Assembly: GCA_028534125.1 (NCBI GenBank)
Contig: CM052817.1
Span: forward strand, 56,174,001 to 56,238,000
Direction: 5' to 3'
DNA length: 64,000 bases
Source: Lama glama
Taxonomy: Eukaryota
The translations under genes and the position numbers were made by a program. How positions within the stretch are numbered: the stretch's first letter is position 1; every line of letters starts with the position of its first letter. Of the stretch, positions 1 through 13,700 are shown in pieces. The notes below the pieces were generated by a model, which saw only the letters and a program-made list of their open reading frames with translations, made no database searches and was not told where the DNA came from.

Positions 1-634
1 TCCAAATTGTCAATAATTTATAAAAGGACCTACCATGCCAAACAAAACACAGATTTACATTTCATTTCCATTCTCTGAAAGAAAAACATATTATAAAATT
101 TAGTATAATATTAATCTGCAATAAAAGATAATATAATCAAAAAAAGAAAATGTTACATCAGATAAATTTTTTTTATTTATTTATGATCTGGTATTTATCA
201 TATTTTGTATTTATGATTATTTTGCAATTTATCTTCTCATTACAAACACTTTTTTGTGTTTATAATTTGGAGTTACTCTTTACAAGAGGGTTACTAAGCC
301 TTTCCTCTGAAAACTTGGACCCATACCATCATGCTGATTCACATTCTATGGTAGTAGAACTTTAAGCAAAATTTGTTTTTGATAATTCAGGGCTAAGATA
401 ATGTCTTATTAACTTATAACCCTGGGGTTACAGATTGAAATACATAATATTAATAATGTTTGCTCATTGTTACTGGCTGCATTTGGCAAAGTATTAGTAG
501 ACAGAGATGAGTCCAGAAAACAGCTGACAGTAATAAAACAGACAAAATCCCTGGATTTATCCAGGGCGCTATAGATCTGGAAGAAGGAACTGCTATTTAA
601 CCACAGAGAGTAAAGTGTGTCATTTAAAACTGAA

Positions 635-1062
635 AATAAAGACATTTGTACTTAAATATTCAGAACAGTTTTATTGTCAATGGACAAAAACCAGAAATCA
701 CTCAAATGTCTGTCAGTAGGTAAATGAACAAAGATATTTTTGGACATCCACAACATGGAATACAACACTACAATAACAAGTCAAAATAATTACGCTAAAT
801 GTAACAAAATTCCATTTATATAAAATTCTAGACCATTTATACTAGACTATGGTCACAAAAAAAGATAGATCAGTTCTTGCTTGAGAGTAAGGAACAGAAG
901 AGAGGCTATATGCCAAAGGTGAAAAGAAACTTTCACAGGTGATGAATATGTCCATTATCTTGACTGTAGAGATGCTTTTGCAGATACATACACATGTAAA
1001 AATCTCACACACTACACTTAAATATGTGTAATTTATTGTCAATTATGTCTCAGAAGTTTAAA
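635..1062 (+). mobile_element. Old LINE-1 3' end fragment (L1ME/L1MC-like)
   Basis: Resembles L1 3' end motifs (aaaaaccagaaatcactcaaatgtc, acaatggaatac-like, ggtgatgaatatgtccattatcttgactgt, cacttaaatatgtg). Confidence 0.7.
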
Positions 1063-1585
1063 TGCTTACTTTGAGAAACAAAGGCTGCTTAATACTCAGC
1101 TGTGTTATAAGGATCAAATCAAGAATGTGACCTTTCGCTCATTGATTAAAGTCTTTGAAGGGAGGGAATTGGTGCCCCGAGTATCCTCACTCTTAAAAAT
1201 ACATACATATGTATTTCATATAAATGTATATATACATCTGCCACAGAGAAAGTGTCCTACTGTACATGTGGATTTCCCAATGAAGTCTGAGAGGATGGCA
1301 CCTATGATTAAGTCAAAAGTGAACATGAACAAAGCAAGGGAGAGTAAGAGAGAAAGCACTGTACTCTATGAGGCTTAAAATCTTTTTTTTTTAATTTAAA
1401 CAAAGATGCAAAACAGAGAAGTATTTTAGAAAAGAGCTTGAATATCAGCTTTGGCATATGTTGCTGATTTGGAATCAACTAGATGATGAGTTCACTAAGG
1501 GTTTGATGGAGTAACACAGCCAAAAAAACATGGAACCTCGAGGTAAAATAGGCTCTGTTTGAGGCTTAAAACAACGTTTGGCTCC

Positions 1586-1850
1586 AAAACCACAGAATAT
1601 ACAACACCAAGGGTAAATTCTCATATAACCCAGGGGCACTGGGTGATTATGGTGTGTCAAGGTAGGTTCATCAATTGTAACAGTGTGCTGCTCTAGTGGG
1701 GGATGTGGACAATGGGGGAGGCCGTGCATGTGAGGGGGTGGGGGGTGGATGGGGAATCTCTGTACCTTCCTTCAATCTTGCTGCAAAATTGAAACTAGCC
1801 TACAAAAAAAGGTTTAATTTAAAAAAAGAAAAAGAAAAGAAAAAAGACAA
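1586..1850 (+). mobile_element. LINE-1 3' UTR fragment (L1MC/L1MB-like) with A-rich tail
   Basis: gtgtcaaggtaggttcatcaattgtaaca...ggggaatctctgtaccttcc, then an A-rich tail; contains a G-rich tract. Confidence 0.8.
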
Positions 1851-1976
1851 AACTGAGTAACAACAGCTAAAAACCTTTGTTTGCAACTTTCTGCAAGCTT
1901 CTTACCTTCTTATCCAACCCCCTACTATCACACACAATGAGGAAAGCATGCCATTTAATGTCTACTTTCTTTCCAG

Positions 1977-2306
1977 TGTTAAATTAATTAAACAAGGAGG
2001 CCACCAGACCAAAGGAGCTCTATGTCTTGGCAGCCTGCACAAGCAAACCAAAATCTAAGCCAGTAAATGCCTCAAGGTTATAAAAACTGGAACTTAGGGC
2101 AGCCAACCACAAATAGACAACCTGATTTTAAGCTATAGTGAATGAATAATTTCCCTGGTTTGCTTCACCTTTCCTCTGAGCTCCTGTTTCTCCTCACTAG
2201 TTCTAGCTTGCCACTGCCCTGATTCCCTGATTAGAATTAATTTTCGCTCAAATAAACTCTCAAAAATTGTGATAAATTTTAATTTGCCCCAGTTTATCTT
2301 TTAGTA
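1977..2306 (+). mobile_element. Solo LTR, ERV1 class (MER57/MER4-group-like)
   Basis: Starts TGTTAAATTAA, has AATAAA at 2251-2256 and ends aattttaatttgccccagtttatcttttag, like MER4-group LTR termini. Confidence 0.65.
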
Positions 2307-2989
2307 GTAGCCAACAATGGTAGCCCTTTTTTGCTATCTTTAGAGAATCACAGAAAGAACAACACAGGAACTGAAAATGTAATGGGACAATAGTATGAAA
2401 TGACAAAAGACCTGTTGATTGACTGATCTCCATGGGTTTGGCATGGACAGGTTGATGAGAGGCAACACCTCAGGAAAGCATTTAGGAAAGAGGCACCATC
2501 ACAACACTTTGAATGGAAGAAATGGAGAAAGAAACCTAGCTTTTCTTGGTATACCACTTTGCCAACTGGCTAGTCCTAATCATCCTGCCTCCCAATACAG
2601 TGGGAAAAGGATACACTGATTCCAAGAATTAACTATTGGGATTAATCCAATTTTAGGAATCTCAGACATTTAGTTCTTTGCAGCTTAGGAGAAAAATGAA
2701 GGTTAAAAAAAAAAATTAGAACTATAGGCCTCTTGTCCTTTGAACTGATACCATCCCCTTTCCTTCCCTGACTACATATTTTTCCACATACAGTGTAATG
2801 GGGAAAAAAGTGATACGTGTTTATATTGCTTCACTTTCACATTATTAACACATGTCCATTGACATTAAACTCTTTCACAGCAATTATAAGCTGACAATTT
2901 TAAGAATATATTTATGACTTTTATTCATGTGAATACACATAGAATAGTCATAAAAGGATGTTATTCAATATCATCAACACTTCAATTCA

Positions 2990-3240
2990 TGCTCTGGAAC
3001 AAGACCAACTATTTGGACATTCAGACTCTAATATTTATTGACTTTGTGACTTTGGATAAGTCACTTAAACATGTATGTCTTCAATGTTCTTATCTACAAA
3101 ATGAGCACAAGAATATTACCAGCCAAATGTAGGTGTTGAAAGAATAAATAAAATAGCCAGATTTATGTCTAGCACATATTATGTCTAGTTTGATGTCTAG
3201 CACATGGTAAGCATTTAAAAATTGCTATTACTTTTATTAC
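2990..3240 (+). mobile_element. MIR SINE
   Basis: Core-like tgtgactttggataagtcacttaaac...tatctacaaaatgag and tail gcacatggtaagcattta. Confidence 0.75.
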
Positions 3241-4659
3241 ATGAAAAAATCAAGCTTTGAAGTTGTCAGGAATTTTTAAATGTCTCAGATATAATAAAAG
3301 AAAAATTATCTTTGCCTGTTGCCTGCACACACACAAAAAAAGGGGTAGCGGCTGGAAATTTTCTTAGGAGAATAGCACTGTTGGATAGCTCCAGGTTTTC
3401 ATGCATTTTTTCAGATTGTGAACTATGATCTGAGTTTTCATTTTATATGAATTATTCTGAAACTATCAGGAGGGTGAAGAGCTAATTAAAAAGGTTTTCT
3501 GTAGAAAATCTCTCCTTGGCATAAAGCCAATAAATCAGAAAAAAAAAGGAAGAAGCAAAGAAGAGAGAGTAGTCTGGTACTGATGAATTTCTAATGAACA
3601 CTGAGGGTCAACAGGTCAGACTACAATAGTGTGATGGTCCATACATAATTTTTTACTGATCTGAACTTGCAGTCACATATATCTTTCATGCTTTCATCAA
3701 ATGCAAATGTCTGTAGGTTTTGAAAAATGGAAAACTATCAATATATGATTCTATAATAAGTCAACTAATAATTAAAATCAAAAGGTGTGTATCAATATAA
3801 TTATTTTGCCAGAAATATAAGTAGTAGAAACAGTGTAATAAGAGATATGCAAAAAGATAAAGGGCAACGGGAACAAGTTAAATACAGTAGCATTGTTGGC
3901 TTTAGTTTGATTCAAGGAGTGGAGGTTAGGCTAGTTTAAAGGCATTCTTCCCCCTGTGTTTTGTTAGCTTTTCTAAAAAATTGTTTTGTAAAGAAAGATA
4001 AGGCAAATCCCATAGAAATTCAGGAAGAAGATCCATGATAAAGCTGAGCTGATGGCTGGACCTGGATTAGAGGAAACTCTTGGAAACTCAGCAGCAGATT
4101 TTGTGGATATTCATGTGAGGGTTTTTCCCTTTCCTTGACTAATTTCCTCCATATCACCTCCAGCTCCTCAACCTGCTCCGTAAAACCAGGAGTATCATTT
4201 GTCATAAAATGTTGCCTACCTATTCTGCGTCAGTTGAAAAGCAACCTATAAAATAAATATTCAGAGGTGACAGAAATCGTTCCCCATATCTGGGAATTCT
4301 GAGCAATAGAGAAAAGCTGTATTTAAATTAAGAAGTATAGTATGAGAGGTGTGGCTTTTCCTTAGAAAGATACAGAAAGGTAATAGACAACGAGCAATTA
4401 TCTAAGATTAAGGTGGTGGATTTATGATAGTGAAAACAAACTCCCATATTCTGGGACAAAATGCTGATAAAAAGATGTAGGTTTTTCAACTAGAGAAAAT
4501 GAGTCCCGTTTTTGTTTTGTTCACCCTTATTTCCCAGGATTAAGCACAATGCCTGGGGCACGGTAGTGCCCCATTCAATTGTTGTTTAGCTCTTTGTATG
4601 CATGTGTGTGTGCCTGTGTGTGCATGTCCCCTAATTTCCTGCATAATCACGCCTCTGTT

Positions 4660-6170
4660 CTCTCTTTCTCTCCTCCACAGGAAAAGAATTATCTTCGCTG
4701 GCTGTCTCCACTTTCTGTCTTCCCATGATCTTGTAAATCTATTCCTAACAGGATTTTACCTTCACCTTTCTACTTCAGAGAGCTCTTTGTCAAAGTTAGC
4801 AATGACTTCTACTTTGCTCAATCCCACAACTAAATTTCAGTTGACATCTTATTTAACTTTTCAGCAGCATTTAACAAAATTTATCATTCTCCCATCCATA
4901 AAATATTTTCTTTACTTAACTATGATAGTATTATTATACACTTCTGGCTTAACTGTCTCCTCATTGGTCATTTCTGATCAGTTCTCTTGCTGGTTCTTCC
5001 TCATCTCTTTGCCCTCTTTTCATTAATTTTAAAATGCCCTGAGATTCATCCCTTGGATGTCTTTAGTTTAACAGTCTACTTACTCTCTTGAAGCTCTTAT
5101 CCAAAGGTATATCTATATCTATATCTCCCAAATTCATATACTGTTAAAGCTATCTGCTCTCCTGAAATTCAGAAATAAGCATATGCCTCACTATTTAATA
5201 GTTCAACTTGGATGTTTAATAGGAATCTCAGTATGAACACGTCCAAAAGAGAGCTCCCAATCTTTAACTCCAAACTTGCTTATGCTTATATGTGTCTCCC
5301 TCTCAGATAAAGACACTTCTGTCCTCCGAGTTACCCATCAGATAACTTGGTGTCATCCTGGACTTTTCCTGTTTGCTCCTGCCCTTCATTCAGTTTGTCA
5401 GCATGTCCTGTCATTTCCATACTCAAAATATTTCCAGAGTCTAAACATTTTCAACTAGTCCGCTGTTACTGCCCTGTTTAAACCACAATTCATCCAGGTA
5501 ATTATAATAATCTCCCTGTCTGTACCGTCTGTTGTCCAGGCAGCAGACAAAGTGATCTTGTTGAAGATTTAACACATCATGTCACTCCTCTTCACAGACT
5601 CCCCCATGCCTTCCTATTTCACTCAGAGTAAAAACCAAAGTGTTTACAGTTATCTATAAGGCCCAGCACAATCCCTTACAGGCACTTCAGCTTTGTTTTC
5701 TTCTACTCATTCCACACGCTGTTTTCTCTACTTTTCCTTGAACAGATATGTGTGTCATCTTAGGACCTTTGCAATTGCTGCTTCAACTGCCTGGAATACT
5801 ATTCCCCCAGTCATCAACAAAACTTTGCCCAGTTATCAATATTACTTTCAGATCATTGCTCAAATGTTACTCTCCTGAAGTAAATTCGATTTACTAGCTA
5901 TCCAATTTTAATTTGCAAGTTCCCTACTTCCCAACATCCTCTCTTTCTCCTCTTTAGTTTTCTTTCCCTCCAAAACACATACACCATTAACGTACTACAT
6001 ATTTTACTTATTTTTGATCTTTCATTATTTATATTCCACTATTTCAGCATAAACTCCTTGAAAGCAGAGGAATTAATTTTTTTGCTTTTAACTGGTATAT
6101 TTCTAGAGCTAGAACAGTGTCTGCCTCAATTTAGGAGCTAAAAAATGTAACTGTTAGATAAATGAATGAT
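4660..6170 (+). mobile_element. LINE-2 3' portion (~1.5 kb)
   Basis: L2 motifs ctctttgtcaaagttagcaatgactt, cagcagcattta, catgtcactcctct, ctgcctggaata and terminal ctagaacagtgtctg...aaatgaatga. Confidence 0.85.
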
Positions 6171-6704
6171 AATGCCAATACTAGTACTCTCAGCAGCATT
6201 TTAGGAGTTTAGGTGAGAGGTCACCAGAGATTACAAGGATGTCTAGATAGACAAAATGGTACTAGATTTGGACCTCAGATAAGGATGTTGTACATATGAA
6301 GAAGAAAGTAAAGGCAACAGTCCCCCAGGAATGTGTGGGTAGAGTTAGTATAATTATCTACCTGGAAAGGTGACTTATGCTGGAGAATGGTTAAGAAATC
6401 ACTTTACAAAAGTGTTTTTGTCCCATCAGATAGAACAGGACAGGGATCTCTCCACTAGAGAGTTTTAATTTAAGAATTTCTTACTTTTTATTAAAGACAA
6501 AGCAAAACAGAAAAAGAATTACTTTCTCAACACTGAGAAAGACCAATGCACAATGCTTAAAACAACCTTGCATCATGATTTCTGAAACATTCTAAAAAGT
6601 GATCATTCTGAGAGGTGAAAAGGAAGTAGCAGCAACAAAAATCTTTAAATGAATTTCTGGCTAAAATGGTGTCTAATCACAGTCATAAAATCAGTGTGTT
6701 TATT

Positions 6705-7135
6705 TGTGTCCTTGTGTCCTACCCACATCTCCTTGTGTTTCACCATTTCAGTGCACAGAAGACTTCCAGTTGCTACATGTGAATCTCCTTGCTTAAGGGC
6801 TCTTCCTGGTTACTGGAACATATTCTGCTTACGTGCAAATGTGGAAGAATTATACTGCCTACAAGGAGCCCCCAACTAATGACTACTGGAAGTTGGTGTA
6901 TGAATGTCCCAGATATTTTGTCCCTTTGGTGGGATGACTCTAGGATACATTTGACTCTCAGAAATCACCAGTAGGGTTAAGCTCTAATTGTACACAGTGG
7001 TCACTTGCCTGGTAATTCAACATTTTGGCTGCCTTCCCTTCCCTAACTTGCTTTCTTACTGCCATATGGGTGTCTCGGAATTAATTCTCAAATAGACTAT
7101 TCACTCTCTGATGCTCTTACTTTTGTGTTTACTGA
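6705..7135 (+). mobile_element. ERVL-type solo LTR (LTR16-like)
   Basis: Resembles LTR16 family text (cctacccacatctcct, aactaatgactactggaagttggtgtatgaat, ggctgccttcccttccct). Confidence 0.6.
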
Positions 7136-10100
7136 GTGTACACAAAGTCAAACATGTTGATTCTTTTGGAGAAATCTAAATGTTTTATGAACATAGCAGA
7201 ACAAGTCTAATGAAGTGTTGAGATTACCAGCTAGAATTTTCATTGATGATCCTTAGTTACTCTGTTTTAATGTTAATAATGGTATCTTATTAAATAGGGT
7301 GATCATGTGTACACAAATAAGTGCATGCCACAGATATCCTGGGCAAACACTAGTTTAGCAGTGCCAGAGGGGAAATGAGTACTAAAGAAATTAGCAGCCT
7401 AGCTAATACAAACACAGCAGGAAAGTTCCTTAAAGGCTTTCTCCTCTTGTGCTGACCCTTGCTACCTCGTTTGTGAAATTCAGTTTCATTATATCATCAA
7501 GTGGTATGGACATAGGCCAGTAAGACACATGGGGTAAATACATACATTAAAGTCTTAATGTCGTTCCATTGTAATTAATTCTGTAAACGTCACTGAAGTC
7601 ATTTTATGTCAATTCTACATTTCCTCATACAGCCAAATGTCTTAAACATAACCGAATTTCCCTTTGTATTTCATTTTAGCATAAGTCCTCACATATTTAT
7701 TTGCCAGTTTTTTGAATTCTAACATAATAGTTTAGTTAATTCCTAGCTATATTAATTGTTAATGGAAGGTATTTTCCATTGTCAAATTCTGTCCACTTAA
7801 AGATTTTGTTCTTAATCATGTGATCATCACAGCCTGAAATTGCTTTTTTTGATAAGAAATAAATGGATACATATGTACCAAATAAGGGTTTTTTAAATAT
7901 TAATTTCAGAAGGAATATACTAATACATGGGTAAACCAAATTTGAGTTAGGTAAGTTTTTTTCTTTTACTTCTTTTAAAGTTCCACAGTAAAACTTTCTG
8001 CACAGAAAACTGGTTAATGGTACACTCATCAATTGAAGAAAGAAAAAAAAAGAGAGAGAGAGCCGAATGAGCAAACATTGTTGCATCAATTTAATTTAAT
8101 GAAAAATAAATTATAACATAATGGTTTTAGGGACAGTGTTCTTAATTTGGAAAAACAAAGACGAGTGATCCCCAAGGCTCTAGAGAAGAAAGAAAAAATC
8201 TAACATTGACCAAGTGAGGCTGCCTTCTATAAAGTATTTTTATTTCAGAATCGATTGCTCTAAACCAGTATTTCTAGAGTAAGACAAAAAGACAAATGAC
8301 TGTAAATTCAGAATGCTCAGGTAAAACAAAAATCTATTGCTGAAAACACTGAAAAAAAAATCTCTTCTGTCTTATTGCAAAATAGCAGTGCAGTGATGAG
8401 AGAACTGCTAAAATAGACAAGACACATTTAGAATGTTCTATATTATCATTACATAAATTTTGAAACATACTTCCAGCCTCTATTTAGAAGATTTCAAGTT
8501 GAAAATAGAGAAGAAAATAAAAGTTTAGAAATGTTAAATTTTAAAATATGACTTTATTACTACTTTTCCTCAGTATATTAAAACAAATTTTATTCAGAAA
8601 GCTTAGTAATGTGTTCTATGAAAAAGAAAGAAAATAATCTGATTGGTGAATTATTATATTGATTTTAATATCTAATTACCTCAATGTAATTAGGTAAGAA
8701 TTTAAAATCAAAAGTTTGCCTTTTCAGTATTTTGTATCCTAGAAATAAAATCTCTCAAAAAATTTGAGAATTATTTATTTATTTATTTATTTAATTTATT
8801 TATATTAGAGTGCTTATATGTAAATAGATTTCATAAAAAATTCTTTCTTCATCAAATATATTTGCAAAAGAATTACACTAATTAATATTAAAATCAGTTT
8901 CCTGAGTGTACAATTTGTAAAAGTCCTCTACATGCTTATATATTTGGAAAATTTCCATTAAAGCATAATAATTGGCAAAATCTCCAAATTTATTTGACAG
9001 AAAACTTTTCTCCTTTTTCTCTAATTCCCACTGCCACTTATCTGTCCAAAGCCTTTCACATAGATAGTGTTGAATAAAATGTTATAGAAATAAAATTATA
9101 CTAATAGGATGACATGACCAGGACAATACTTTTGGAACAGAGACATCACTCATACGGTAATGCAGAGAATATATTAGAACTTTGAGACACTATCACCACC
9201 AAAAACAACAAAAGACTTGACAATTTAATTTTTCGCAAGTTTTGCTTAGAAGTATAGTACATCACTTTGGAATGGTGGAATAGTCAATACCTAATATTCT
9301 GGTCTCTAATTTTGGATGTATCTGAAATGAAGACAGAAACTTTCTATGTTGATATTTCAGTGGGGAAAATTTATTTTGTAGAGAAGTTTATGTCTTACAT
9401 TTACTTCCAAAGTACGTGTTTAGAGTTTATTGTTGCAACATCATCTACAGCTTGGAAATCCAGTAGAATTTATTTATGCACAATAGCTTTGTAGTTTTAC
9501 ATATATTTAGAAATATGTGAGGTTTTGAAATTAATGAAGTTTTGAAATCTAAGTGTATGCTTTAAATTTGGGGTTTAAGACCATGGAAGAACAAATCATT
9601 CCAAATGGTCTTTTCTGTCAATGTAATTGTTTTATTGAGTTTATGGTAAATTGGGTGCTATTTGTCTCACAGCGTATTAATCAGATCTAACCTCTGATGA
9701 CAGGTCTCAAAGTTGACCTCACTCTCCCAATACTGATAAAAATAACAGATGGATTCTTTAATTTTAAAGAATGACATAAATCATGTTACATATTATATAT
9801 AAGTTAAAAATCTGCTCCCATTTAGCAAGATCATCTGTAATTAGTATCTTCTTTAAAGGGAATCTCTTTTTAATCCATCACATACTATTTGTTACTGCTT
9901 CTGAAAGATGCTTTGAACAGTTTTATCCAGGACATTATTTCATAGATTCTTAGCTTAGTAATTTTTCTTTCTGATTAGAAAAAAATCTTGAATTTGCTTT
10001 ATGCCTCAGATTATGTTAAGTAGAAAATTATCTGCTATCTGTGTTGCTCATTGAATATTACATTTTTAAAAGTTGATAATGTGAAATAAGAAAGACTATT

Positions 10101-12505
10101 CTACACTCAGCTTTATTTTATTTTTTTAAATATCTTAAGTGATCAACATCAAGTCAATTCATAATTATATTATCTCTCTAAAGCATTTCATAGTTAGGTT
10201 GAATAAAAGCACAAGTTTAATGGTTTAGATTCATAAAATTCAATAGCTTTTTTGTGGTTTATACTATGCTATACTTACTCTAACACATCATCTGTTATAT
10301 TTCAAATCAATCTTGACATAAAAAATGAGAACAATAAACATGATTGTAATTAGGGAGAGTTTGTTAAATGTGCTTTAATAGGTCCTATTGTGAGATGTGT
10401 CTCATATACAAGCAGAAATCAAGACTAGCATACTGAAGAAGAAAAGATAAACAAAACCCATGGTTAGTGAGTAGATATAGAGCTTGAAATTGTTTGGTCT
10501 AGGAAGACATCTAAAATACAATTTGGTACATACAGAAAATGTAATTAAACGATAATTGCACTGAAGCACAGTGAGTGTGAGATAAACAGCTTGTGAATCA
10601 ATAAACCATGAGGCGGCAGGCTGAGGTATTTATTGATTTATGATTCATTTAGCTCCAAGTTCACTCCATTTCTAATTTAGTTGGAACTACTGTATTATCC
10701 TTCATTTGGAGAGCTGGGTGAAGTGATTTTATCATTTCATATGGGGAAAAGACTGTCTGAATTAATATCATGTTTAGGTTTTATGTGAGTACACGCCTGT
10801 GAGTTTTTTCTATTTACTTATCAAATCTATGGACTATGATATATCACGACACTAAATTTGTCTATTAATGTTAAAATTTACATTAATTCAGAAACTTTAG
10901 GACGTCATATACTTCTAATGGATGAAAATCCTGTATTTTCATGACTTTAAGACATGAATATTATCTTATAATGCACATCCTACCATGGGTTCTAAAAAAG
11001 CCATTTTTCACTTTAACCTAGGAAATCTGCACATTTTAAATAAACAAGGCATTCTTATTGTGGCCAGGGAATATCATGATAACTTCTACATTTGCTACAT
11101 TGAACATCTTCAAAGACGAATCCTAAGTATTCATTCTACTTTTACTGACCATGAGGTAGGTCGAAAAGCAAAAATTCAGTGTCTTCCTCCAGCAACATAA
11201 GCAAGCAGCAGCATTAACATCTGAATTAGGGCACTTTGGCAGCACCTCTTTCTGAGAGGATGTGCAGTTTGTAGAATACTCATCACTTGTTACTTTAAAA
11301 ACATAATGCTAGTGTTTTGTTCCATCACAGAAAGATGTCAGTTTACCAAGGATTACACTGGAAAAATGAAAACCTTGCTGTGGTGATTAAGAACTATATA
11401 ATTTATGGATGATTCTGTACCAGTTAAACACTTGTAAAATAAACTAAGAAAAATGAAACACAAAGTCTTGCTATTCAGAAAGGTAATATTTACAAGTTAT
11501 TTGCCTTTTGACTCAAATGGTAATTGCCGACCTTCCCCATGTTATGACTTATACAACTTAAATAAAATATTGTTCTTAAAAAATGATGGTTAAGATTAAA
11601 AGAAGCATGTGTTATTTCCCTTAATCAGATGTACCTTCATTAGTATGAGTTTCTCCCCAGTAAGTGAAACACATTCATTAAAAAGATGTTCTACGGTGGA
11701 TATAGGTCCTTGATTAAATCCTTAGCAATATACCACAAGACACCTGTCCTTGCCTAAAACATTTCCTTGCTACCTTGACAACTGAGGAATAAAAGGCTAT
11801 TTATATTTAATGCTGTGAAATCCACAGCAGAAACATATTCTGAATCCTCCTTCTCTCACTGGGAAGATTTCCAAGAGAATAATTTTTGATTCTACATTAA
11901 TATAGTTTACTATCCAATGGTTTCTCAGAGCTGAAAAGTTGACTTACAGAAGTAGAATAAATTGTGTTAATGCCTTGCTTTTTTATAAGCATGTCCTTGT
12001 ATAACACTTATGAGTAAAAATTTGGTCTTTGTTGTTTGGTAGTTTAATACTTGATTTCATATCTTGAGCATGTTTTACACAACATAAAACAAAATACATT
12101 GTATTTTGGCAGAAAATAAACACTTGATTAATGAGCATGTGTGGTATAGTTTTTTTGAACAAATTATTTTCCCACAATGAAATGTTACTAGAAAGGTTTG
12201 TATATGAAATCAAACTGGCTAAGGTTAAAGTTGGTAAGAAAAACTAAGGTTAGCTTACTCCTAAAAATATAGACATGTTTGATTAAAACATGAAGTCAAT
12301 GTCTTGCATCAAGTTACAAGTTGAAATAATTCCCAAGAGTCTTTTACTTGAGTGGTCATCTCTGTCTCTGAGCCACTACTCCTAATGAGTTTGTTCATTT
12401 CCTGGATCCTCTCCTCTGTCTGGGCAACATGTTCCCTTCTACACTGCACATATGTAAATACAAGACTCAAGCCCTCTCAACTCTATTCTATCCTGATACT
12501 AGCAC

Positions 12506-12536
12506 ATACACACAAACTCACACACACACACACACA
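12506..12536. repeat. Interrupted (CA)n microsatellite
   Basis: Seen directly. Confidence 0.9.
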
Positions 12537-13139
12537 GACTTTATTTGTAGCAAAATTTATTGAAGTGTATTTATATTGCAGTAAGTCAAGTAACATGAAA
12601 AGGAATGTTAACTATCCCTGTTCCTAAAACAGTGCAAAACAAAAATTAAACAATATGTAAGCTATTCATCCATCTATTCTGAGGATTTCTGTCCTTATCC
12701 TTTTCAACTTTACATTAAAAAGAGAGAAAAAAATGAAACAAATTACCAGTCAAAAAAGCCAACTGATTTTATTATGAAGAGCAGTTATTTTTGATTATGT
12801 ACTATCATCTTATATGTAAATATATGGAGACATTATAACTAGAACATCTATACTTAGCAAGCACAAATTTCTTCCCCTATTTGATTTAGATACTATTTTT
12901 AGAAGCATGGATTAAATATAGCTGCAATCACCCAGCCTATATGACATTACATTCTTTTTCCCCCTGGAAGTTGGTGTGTATCCCTTTTGTTCATGTATAT
13001 TTCCTCTAAATAAGAGATTGTATTATTATTATACTATTATACTTTATTATAATATTAAACTTATGTGTATATTATGCTTATAAGTATTTTACTTATATGT
13101 ACTTTATCAATATTATATATATTTTATAAATATATATAA

Positions 13140-13700
13140 ATCATACCATAGTGTGATTTTTTTTTCAGTGTGCTTTAATACATTAAACATGTTTCAAGGT
13201 CCATTCATTGATAACAAAGAGCTGATATACTCTATTTAATTGTGAATAATATTTCAATTTATAAAGTACCACAGTTTATTTATTTTCCCTACTGATGAAT
13301 ATTTAGGCTGATTCTAATATTTGACTGTCAACAGAAATGTTGCAGTGACAACCCTTGTTGATTTATCATTATGTAGTTTACATTGTGAGACTTCCTATAG
13401 GGCATAGAAAGCCATAAAGTATATGAATCTTCAATTCTATTGGATATTACCCAATTTCTCTCTAAAGCTAGTATGACAGATCACACTCCCAGCAGTGTAA
13501 GTGCTTCTGCTTCTTTGTATCCCAATAATAATCTCACAATTTGAAATTTTTGTCTATATGATAAATGTTGAAAACTTCTTTGTTTTAATTATCATGTTCC
13601 TAAAAAGGTAAAGACAATTCTAGTATGTTTTCTGACCATTCTGTTTTCCTATCCTCTAAATTTTCTGTTCATATCAGTTGCAAATGTTATATTAAGTCAT
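13140..13700 (-). mobile_element. Old LINE-1 3' region, antisense
   Basis: Antisense L1 motifs taccacagtttatt, ctactgatgaatatttagg, cactcccagcagtgt. Confidence 0.7.

Noticed and set aside
549..566. 8-bp inverted repeat ccctggat-tt-atccaggg
   Set aside because: Short, at the edge of an L2-like fragment, and expected occasionally by chance.
1697..1755. G-quadruplex-like G tracts
   Set aside because: Ordinary G-rich tract of an L1 3' UTR.
4020..4205. Minus-strand 61-aa ORF with protein-like composition
   Set aside because: No recognised homology, no convincing splice sites and no retrocopy hallmarks.
4598..5026. Longest ORF in the window (142 aa)
   Set aside because: Falls in a decayed LINE-2 with no sign of a cellular gene.
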